Both the position numbers and the translations under genes were made by a program. A stretch of 43,768 bases of DNA from Aduncisulcus paluster (lineage: Eukaryota): the NCBI GenBank assembly GCA_024181965.1, contig BQXS01010878.1, positions 1-43,768 of the forward strand, written 5' to 3'. Positions 33,001-40,450 of this stretch are shown in pieces (position 1 is the stretch's first letter; each line of letters opens with the position of its first letter). The notes under the pieces were generated by a model. That model was not told the DNA's origin, did no database searches, and saw nothing but the letters and a program-made list of their open reading frames with translations.

Positions 33001-33513
33001 AAATATTGACATACAATTCGGCATCTTCTTCTTCTTCTTCTTGGAAAAACTCAACAAGATATTCTACTTTGTATCTCGGTTCTCGTTCACTGATAATTGA
33101 AGGCGGGGCTCGCTTGGGATCTGATACAATGGCTGGCCATGGAGAAAATGGTGGTATGTAGGCCCAGATAACATCTCCTGGTGAANNNNNNNNNNNNNNN
33201 NNNNNAAATATGAACAATATGTTCAGCTAATACCCAACCACTAATGATGAAAATATTTGGAAATTAAGTGTTAGAGTAAAAATAAAAGGGGAAAGGGGTA
33301 TATATCCATAAAAACACAAATATTGACATACAATTCGGCATCTTCTTCTTCTTCTTCTTGGAAAAACTCAACAAGATATTCTACTTTGTATCTCGGTTCT
33401 CGTTCACTGATAATTGAAGGCGGGGCTCGCTTGGGATCTGATACAATGGCTGGCCATGGAGAAAATGGTGGTATGTAGGCCCAGATAACATCTCCTGGTG
33501 AAAAAAAGTTCAT
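30060..33513 (-). CDS. Chromatin reader: N-terminal PWWP, central BAH-like, C-terminal extended PHD finger; 2 exons, ~934 aa after removing two gap duplications
   Basis: FSPGDVIWAYIPPFSPWPAIV...YLVEFF...(spliced) EFGWVLAEHI runs into ORF 30964..32763. VAVGDLCLL...VYIRVDRLFSDENGIWVYG is BAH-like. FHYMCAFLSPE...CALCGEYGASIGCWISSCDVSVHAECA...CFYCRKH is an ePHD. Confidence 0.82.
30850..31329. other. Assembly gap (N 31071-31090) with duplicated flanks differing in microsatellite length
   Basis: The GAG/GAA tract is 39 nt (30982-31020) in one copy and 57 nt (31223-31279) in the other. Confidence 0.95.
32889..33502. other. Assembly gap (N 33186-33205) with duplicated flanks
   Basis: 32889-33185 is repeated at 33206-33502. 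Confidence 0.95.
32924..33014 (-). other. Spliceosomal intron (91 nt, phase 2); artefactual second copy at 33241-33331
   Basis: 5' GTATGT, branch-like CTCTAAC about 30 nt before the 3' CATTAG. Removal gives GAA TTT GGT TGG GTA (EFGWV) and joins the PWWP exon in frame to the main ORF. Confidence 0.88.
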
Positions 33514-33753
33514 TTTGAATAAAAGAATATATTAATAAATGAAATTGCTTTAAAATTAGAGAAAAGATATGCGTATATCCCACGAAAAACAAAATATTAT
33601 GTGAGATCAATAATATTACAAATATAATCATTCCTTTCATAATGGAATTTACTTATTTTATTAAATTTTAACTAATATAATATATTTATCCTCTCAGATG
33701 ACCCACAAATAAGCAAATAAGGAAAAGACTCTATTCTAAACAGATACATAGTT

Positions 33754-35589
33754 TTATTTATCAAGAAGATTCATTAAAACAAGTAAAGTCTCGCTCTTGT
33801 CGAATCCTTTTTCTTTGAGCTGTCCAATTGTTTTTCTAACATTAGACAATTGTGAATCAAGAGTTTCCAACAGACCTTGAACTTCTCCATGAGAAGTAGC
33901 GAGTGTTCCAACAGTGATTGCTGATTTTTCGGTTGATTCCTTCTCACCCGCTGTGCTACCATCTCCAATGTCCGTCTTTGGAGCCTCTTTCAAATCCAAA
34001 GGTTCCTTGATTGTTTTTGGTTCAGGACTTCTGCTTGATGGCAAAGGACTGGATCTATCGTCATCATCTTTCAGTGAGAGGACAGCAGGGGTATCTATAG
34101 AGGATCTACTCGGTGCGGACAAAGTCTTACTCTTCTTCTTTTTGATAACTCTGAAACGACCAATGTTGACTTCCTTGTGGTCTGGAGAGGTCGAGGCAGA
34201 TTCCGTACGTCTTTCTCTGCCAATAATATCTCTCTCTCTGTCCTCCTTGGATGATTTAGCAGACTCAGAAAGTCGATCGTCAGTCGATTTGGAACGTTGA
34301 ATTCGTAGTTTCTCATCAGATGCTCCAAAAGCGATAGGAGAAGTCCTTCCTCGCGAGTCTCTATCTTCGACTGGTGTCGATATCTCCTTTTCTCTCCTCC
34401 TTGAATGGTCACTATCTCTGCTCTCCCGTTCCTTATCAAGCTCCCTCTCTCTCTCAAGCTCCTCTTTTAGATCGCCAAAGCTCCACCCTCCATTATTGCT
34501 GCTCTCAACCTGCTTACAAAAGTCACATTTCCCGCACGTGCATTTGTACTTTCCTGAGCCCTGAGTAGGCATGAGAGGGGTCTTCGATGGAATTTTGTCA
34601 TCATTGGGGGAGAGACCAGCAGCTATACGTCTTTCACGACGCTGACGATCCTTCTCTTCTTTCTTTTTTCTCTCCTCTTCACGCTCGAAGAGGTACTCAT
34701 TTACAACTTCACGGGCAAACACTTCTCGTTTGCATGCCATCTTAAAGAAACGATGTTCAAGCAAGGCTGAGGCGGCTGGTCGCTCTGATGGTTCCTTTTT
34801 CAGGCACCTATCGATCAAATCCCGGAAGACACGTGAATACTTCCCGTACTCACCCGTGGCAGGGAGAGCCGGCGCTGGTTTGCGGAGAGTCATCATCATG
34901 ACCTTCATGGGAGGATATTCGCTGTTTGGAGCAGCTCCAAAAGCACACTCAAGAGCCGTAATACCCAATGACCAGATATCAACACTCTCATTGTATCCAC
35001 AAGAGACCTGTTCAATAATCTCTGGGGCCATCCAACAAGGAGAACCGACAAATGTCTTTCGAGAAGTTTTTCGTTTTCCAAACTCCATCATCCAAGCAGA
35101 CACTCCGAAATCAGCCAATAGAACACGACCTTCACCATCAATTAGGATATTTCCAGCTTTAATATCTCTATGAATGTTTCCACTTTTGTGAATATATTCA
35201 ATTCCCTTCAAGGCCTCCCGTAAAATATAAGCAATATGTGTTTCGGGTAAACCCCGTCTAAAACATGTCTTCATGACATTAAGAACAGAGCCCTGCATTA
35301 ATGGCATAACAATATAAAGTGAACTACCTTTTATAAATGATACATAATACCTTAAAATGTTTTCGTGATGAGACAACTGCATTGTTTGGATCTCCTTGCG
35401 TATATCATCCAAGGGAGTAGGGTGAGATTCCAAGTCAATCACTTTAATGGCACATGTTTGCTTGTTTGACTTGCAATAAGCCTCATACACGTTGGCAGAA
35501 GCACCACGCCCAATCTCGGAAAGAAGCTGATAACAATCAGGATCCGAAGGCCAAATCTCTGCTACGGATTGAAAAGGGGATTTCTCCAT
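33754..35589 (-). CDS. STE20-family Ser/Thr kinase, Fray/OSR1/SPAK-like
   Basis: WPSDPDCYQL, IGRGASANVY, CAIKVIDLE, IHRDIKAGNIL, DFGVSA, RKTFVGSPCWMAPE, YPPMKVMMMTL; C-terminal GGWSF, GRFRV and a coiled coil. Confidence 0.93.
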   Translation of the reverse strand: MEKSPFQSVAEIWPSDPDCYQLLSEIGRGASANVYEAYCKSNKQTCAIKVIDLESHPTPLDDIRKEIQTMQLSHHENILRYYVSFIKGSSLYIVMPLMQGSVLNVMKTCFRRGLPETHIAYILREALKGIEYIHKSGNIHRDIKAGNILIDGEGRVLLADFGVSAWMMEFGKRKTSRKTFVGSPCWMAPEIIEQVSCGYNESVDIWSLGITALECAFGAAPNSEYPPMKVMMMTLRKPAPALPATGEYGKYSRVFRDLIDRCLKKEPSERPAASALLEHRFFKMACKREVFAREVVNEYLFEREEERKKKEEKDRQRRERRIAAGLSPNDDKIPSKTPLMPTQGSGKYKCTCGKCDFCKQVESSNNGGWSFGDLKEELERERELDKERESRDSDHSRRREKEISTPVEDRDSRGRTSPIAFGASDEKLRIQRSKSTDDRLSESAKSSKEDRERDIIGRERRTESASTSPDHKEVNIGRFRVIKKKKSKTLSAPSRSSIDTPAVLSLKDDDDRSSPLPSSRSPEPKTIKEPLDLKEAPKTDIGDGSTAGEKESTEKSAITVGTLATSHGEVQGLLETLDSQLSNVRKTIGQLKEKGFDKSETLLVLMNLLDK

Positions 35590-35910
35590 ATTATAAAAAA
35601 AAGAAAGAAAATGGAACTAAGAGGGGCGTATCAGGAAAAAGTTCGAGGAGAAGTGAAAAATATAATAGTAAATATTTTACCAACATTTTTAAAATTTTTA
35701 TTATATATAAATGAGCTGAGAACCATTCATTTGATTACTATTTTTGAACTAATGGAGATAAACATCCAGACGTTTATCTTCTCAAATACTTAGAATAAAA
35801 ATATTTAATTTGCAAAATTAGCATTTAAAATGCTAGAATTGGGTGATTTATTTATTTAAATATGTCAAAATAGGTATAATCATCAAAGCAACAATCGAAA
35901 TCCAAAATTT

Positions 35911-37489
35911 TCATTTCTCATCTTCAAACAATCCAATATCGGTATCAATATCATCTTCATGATATTTTGTTGATACGTGTCGCTTTTCATCAGGATCAAC
36001 AAATTGATCATCCTCTTTTCCGCCAAACAGTTCAAACATCGATTTCCTTTCCTCGGGTGCAAAAAGAATAGAAATATCCTTCTCCCCCACTGGGGAAGCT
36101 TCTACTTTTCTTCTGATACTCCGCCGCCTTGACGGCAACCGTTTAAAAACGGCATATCTATATATGAAAGATGAATCCTTACTTTGCTGGTCCTTTTCAA
36201 TATTTTCGATAACTTTACGAAGTGAATCCATCGCTTTTGTTCCCTTTTTTTGGGTAAAAAATAATTCTCGCTTCTTTCGCGCCATAAATTCTGAAAATAA
36301 TTCAGTTTTCTCTTCCACCAAACTATGTTCACGTGCAATATCCTTGAGTAAAGGGTAATCAACAAGAAATTCTGGCACATTGGTAACCGCATTTTTCAAA
36401 GAGAAGTAATATTTCGCCCCAAAAGTCATTTGTGAAGGGGGCCTTGGGAGTTCTTCAAATTGAATTCTGAAGAGATCATTGCCGATTAGCGGTGGAGTTC
36501 TGTTATCTTCACTCCAACGCCAGGATAAAGCATGTAAATGTGATATAATTGTATCTTTGTCGGGGAAAGTACAAATGAAATACTCTCCATCTTTTAACAA
36601 TTCACTAACATTTCTAAGGAGCATACGAGCACGATCCTCCGATTCCCATGAATAATGGAGAGCGAAATGACATTGAATATAATCAAAAAAAGGAAGGGGT
36701 TGGTGTGAAGATGAAGAACTACGAGATTTCATCTGTGAGGGCTCAAAATACTCACAAAGACGATGTCTAAATGTATCTGCCCATATAATATCCATTTTAG
36801 CAAGTCCTGCAAGACTTCTGGATGAAAATCGTCTCTTTGTATTTCCATCAAGAAGGCCAAACAATACACGACCTTCCAATTCACTTTGAAGGTATTTGTT
36901 ATATCTTCTTGCAGCTTCGAGCAAGGAACCATATGCCACATCAACCAATGCATAATAAAATGGTTTTTTTGCATGTTGGAGAAAATAAAAATCTCCAGCC
37001 TTTCCACCACATATATCGAGAATAGCTCCACCATTATGACAATACATCATCCCCAATTCCTTCTTAATGGCTCTGTTAAATTCAATTGAATGCTTTGATT
37101 CCCTCCTTTCACGATCATCGATAGATCCAGCATAANNNNNNNNNNNNNNNNNNNNCAAACAATACACGACCTTCCAATTCACTTTGAAGGTATTTGTTAT
37201 ATCTTCTTGCAGCTTCGAGCAAGGAACCATATGCCACATCAACCAATGCATAATAAAATGGTTTTTTTGCATGTTGGAGAAAATAAAAATCTCCAGCCTT
37301 TCCACCACATATATCGAGAATAGCTCCACCATTATGACAATACATCATCCCCAATTCCTTCTTAATGGCTCTGTTAAATTCAATTGAATGCTTTGATTCC
37401 CTCCTTTCACGATCATCGATAGATCCAGCATCATGGGTTCCATAAAAAGATGAAATACCTTGAACAACAGCACTATCTGTTGTTTTCAT
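35911..37489 (-). CDS. ABD1: mRNA cap guanine-N7 methyltransferase (RNMT/Abd1), ~426 aa after removing the gap duplication
   Basis: FNRAIKK, ILDICGGKAGD, VDVA, QCHFALHYSWESEDRAR.LL.NVSELLKDGEYFICTFPD, FGAKYYFSL..AV.NVPEFLV, YRYAVFKR. Confidence 0.92.
36858..37431. other. Assembly gap (N 37136-37155) with duplicated flanks
   Basis: 36858-37133 is repeated at 37156-37431. Confidence 0.95.
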
Positions 37490-37593
37490 TATATTTTTAT
37501 CCTATTTTTTTTATATATTATAAGAGCTTTGAGCCAAAGCTGTGATTTCATAAAATGAAGCATGACAAGATCATCAAACATATTCAGGTTTAT

Positions 37594-38448
37594 TTAAACA
37601 ATGTATAAAATAACATTGAAAGTCAAGTAAAATAAAATGATTGGATATAATAACAAAAATACCTGAGAAACCGAGTTTCTGGCAACAACTAAGAATCTAG
37701 TTGCAACATAGGCCGACCATCCAACACAAATTGTCATTAATACTTTTCCGATCACAGCTTTCATATCTACAATAAAAGACACGATTCCAATGAATACTTG
37801 TGGAACTAAACCATAGGAAAGAGCACTCCCAACCACATAGAAATCGGTAGGACTGCCCTCATAATCGAACTGTGCCACATCCGTTGACTCAGAAGACGCA
37901 GATATCTGGGGATTTATGTCCAATTCCTGGGTCTCAGTTGGAATGAGGAATTCTGGAGGGCCTTGGGAATGAGAAGGAGGGAAGAAAATGGGAGGATCGG
38001 AAGGGGGTTGTTGAGGAGGCATGATGTCTTGTGGTTTTGGAGAAGGTAGCTTTGGAGAAGCAGGCTTTGGACTCTGAGTGGGATATTTGACAGGGAATAA
38101 ATAAGATGAAAGCTTGATGGCCCATCCATTTGGGGATTTCCCTTTCTTTAACATTTTGATATCGGGACAAGGGACAATTAATTTTGTCAAAAAGAATATT
38201 CCAACAACACCTAGCAGAACCCAGCCAATGACAAACCTGATGTGAACAGATCCGGCTTTAAGAGACAATATAATAGCTAATAGAAGTGCACAAAGAATGC
38301 ATACTGTCATTTCGGGAAAATTTGCGACAGAATGACTCAGAGAAGGTGAAAAGGGCCAAATTGTATGTAAAAGTTTATATCTAATATAATTAATATCTAT
38401 ACCCAACTCATCTAGGAGTGGTGGTTCAACAGAAGGTGATTCTACCAT
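37594..38448 (-). CDS. Yip1-domain (YIPF5/7-like) Golgi/ER membrane protein
   Basis: EPPLLDELGIDINYIRYK, SALSYGLVP, WSAYVATRFL, LLLYPIILFY; five hydrophobic segments. Confidence 0.88.
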   Translation of the reverse strand: MVESPSVEPPLLDELGIDINYIRYKLLHTIWPFSPSLSHSVANFPEMTVCILCALLLAIILSLKAGSVHIRFVIGWVLLGVVGIFFLTKLIVPCPDIKMLKKGKSPNGWAIKLSSYLFPVKYPTQSPKPASPKLPSPKPQDIMPPQQPPSDPPIFFPPSHSQGPPEFLIPTETQELDINPQISASSESTDVAQFDYEGSPTDFYVVGSALSYGLVPQVFIGIVSFIVDMKAVIGKVLMTICVGWSAYVATRFLVVARNSVSQVFLLLYPIILFYLTFNVILYIV

Positions 38449-38905
38449 TACTATGTGAGCAAATCCCAGAAATAATCGACAAAACCATTAAAACATGAAG
38501 TTGATAGTATATATTATATATACCAAATAAATTGATGAAGATATTGAATATTAAACATTTTATTTCCTTTTTCTCGGTATATATCCCAGGATATGGCGAG
38601 AATTGAAGACGAGATTCAAATAGATTGGGAATACCTGATGTCAGAAGATGGACAGGTTAAACAATTATTTGAATTTTAACTATTTAAGTGAAATAAATAA
38701 AAATTATTGATATATTTTAAGTAGAAGATACTGAAAATGGATTTTCGCTGTTTATACGAAGAAGATATTTAATAATTGCAAATCTTTGATTTCATCCTAA
38801 TATTTTAATATCTATGATTTTGAATTATCAAATGAAAACGATTGATCACAAATCCGAAACTGGATTTTATGAATTCAAATCTGCGGATTTCTCTCGATAT
38901 GAACA

Positions 38906-39934
38906 ATGAATTACACTGATCCAGAATTTCTGTATGTATTTAGCGTATATTATTCTGTTTTATGCCAAATGGTTTCTTATATTATTATTATTTTCAGTTA
39001 TTTTGCAGCTGCAGGACTTCTAGCCTCGTTGCTTGTTGTAACATGCATTGCTGGAATATTTATGACATTAATTTATAAAGATCCTCACAATGGATTCTCA
39101 CCAGGTGTTTATTTAGCCTTCTATTTTTTCACTATCATCTATTCTGTAATTCCTCTTTTATCTACGACATTTTTATGGGATACTCTTCTGAGTTCTTTGA
39201 CCGATTATCAAGGCATATTTTCATTAGGTATTTGTTCAATTCAATTTGGTCTTTTTGACTGTCTATTTTTTTTAATTCTTCGAGGAGTTGGTGCCTCTCA
39301 AGCTCGAGCAGCTCGGTCGATTCCGGCTCCTGTGTGGCAAGAACTTGCCCCTGTCCGGTATTCTGTTGGTCGAAGCAAACGAATTAAAAGGGAACAACCT
39401 CCAAGTTGTTGTGCTTATTTATTATCTTTTATCCCATTTGCAATCGATGGAATTCTTTACTATTGCCACCCTCTCATATCATGTACCTTCTTACAGCTTA
39501 TCGTTGATCCACCTCCGGACTGTTCGATGGATTTCCCCAATTCTTGGGACAGTCTCATATATTCCGATGAATTAACCATTAAAGAGGGTGTTTTATCATA
39601 TCCCATGTTTGTTTTTATTGTACCTATCATATCTACACTCATTGGAACTGTTTCTTATTGCCATAGCAAGAAGGGAGGTGAAGTGAGCTTGGGCATCTCT
39701 TCAATGCGGAAACCCGGTTCAGGTATCGTTGTAGTCCTCTTCTTTATGCTTTGGATTGGGAGAGTCGTTAGTATTGGTGGCTCTACTCTTTATCCTTCCT
39801 TTATTTCTACATCTGCCTATTTGGCTGGGTTTTATCTCCTATTTACAATTCCTATGATGATATATTTAATTAAAATCTCTTTTTCTCCTGCTAGAAATGT
39901 TAAAACAGCTCGTAAACATCCAGTGAAACTATGA
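38906..39934 (+). CDS. Multi-pass membrane protein of unknown function (about 7 TM); possible in-frame intron 38932-38997
   Basis: Seven to eight hydrophobic segments, a basic loop and a basic C-terminal tail. Confidence 0.75.
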   Translation: MNYTDPEFLYVFSVYYSVLCQMVSYIIIIFSYFAAAGLLASLLVVTCIAGIFMTLIYKDPHNGFSPGVYLAFYFFTIIYSVIPLLSTTFLWDTLLSSLTDYQGIFSLGICSIQFGLFDCLFFLILRGVGASQARAARSIPAPVWQELAPVRYSVGRSKRIKREQPPSCCAYLLSFIPFAIDGILYYCHPLISCTFLQLIVDPPPDCSMDFPNSWDSLIYSDELTIKEGVLSYPMFVFIVPIISTLIGTVSYCHSKKGGEVSLGISSMRKPGSGIVVVLFFMLWIGRVVSIGGSTLYPSFISTSAYLAGFYLLFTIPMMIYLIKISFSPARNVKTARKHPVKL

Positions 39935-40044
39935 CCAATTCGATCAAAAATTCAATCTTGATCTATCTCGATAAACGATCGTTATCTGGAAGAATATTGT
40001 GTTTCTTTTGAGTGTTCATTGATAAATAAATTATTTCTGTTGAT

Positions 40045-40249
40045 GATCTGAGCTTTTACCCAGTCGTGGCACGCGACGGTGCCAAAACGTGACGTTTTAA
40101 CAAATTTTATGATTGGAAATCAATTATTATTAATTTGGAAAGTTTAACGATATAAATTTGTTCATACCGAGAGCTACAGAGTCATTTCGATAGGAACCAC
40201 CGATTGTGTGGCACACCGCGCGGTCAGTGACTGAAAGCTCGGCAGATCT
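40045..40249. repeat. Imperfect ~45-bp GC-rich inverted repeats around an AT-rich core (MITE-like or structured RNA)
   Basis: Left arm gatctgagcttttacccagtcgtggcacgcgacggtgcca versus reverse complement of right arm gatctgccgagctttcagtcactgaccgcgcggtgtgcca. Confidence 0.45.
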
Positions 40250-40450
40250 ATTGGTCGTTTTTGTCACAAATAAGTTAATCTTAAATATTAAACTGTGTTT
40301 GTTTTGAATTTTCGTTGTTTAATCGTCTGAAATTTTGTTGTATGTTCTAATTCTGTTCGGATTTGTTCCTTGATTGTTTGGTACTTTTAATGCTTACTGA
40401 GTTGTTTGGTCCACTCAATAATAACAGAAATTGTATAATATATATTCTTA

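Noticed and set aside
7803-37431. Six apparent tandem duplications inside or next to ACS, HydG, PA28/Trm8, the PWWP gene (twice) and the cap methyltransferase
   Set aside because: Each is centred on an exactly 20-N gap with near-identical ~220-310 bp flanks, and collapsing them restores the reading frames. These are scaffolding artefacts.
26549-37489. Two guanine-N7 methyltransferases within ~10 kb as a functional cluster
   Set aside because: Unrelated housekeeping families separated by other genes; coincidence suffices.
40170-40200. ACAGAG as a possible U6 snRNA box
   Set aside because: No following AGC triad or internal stem-loop could be recognised.
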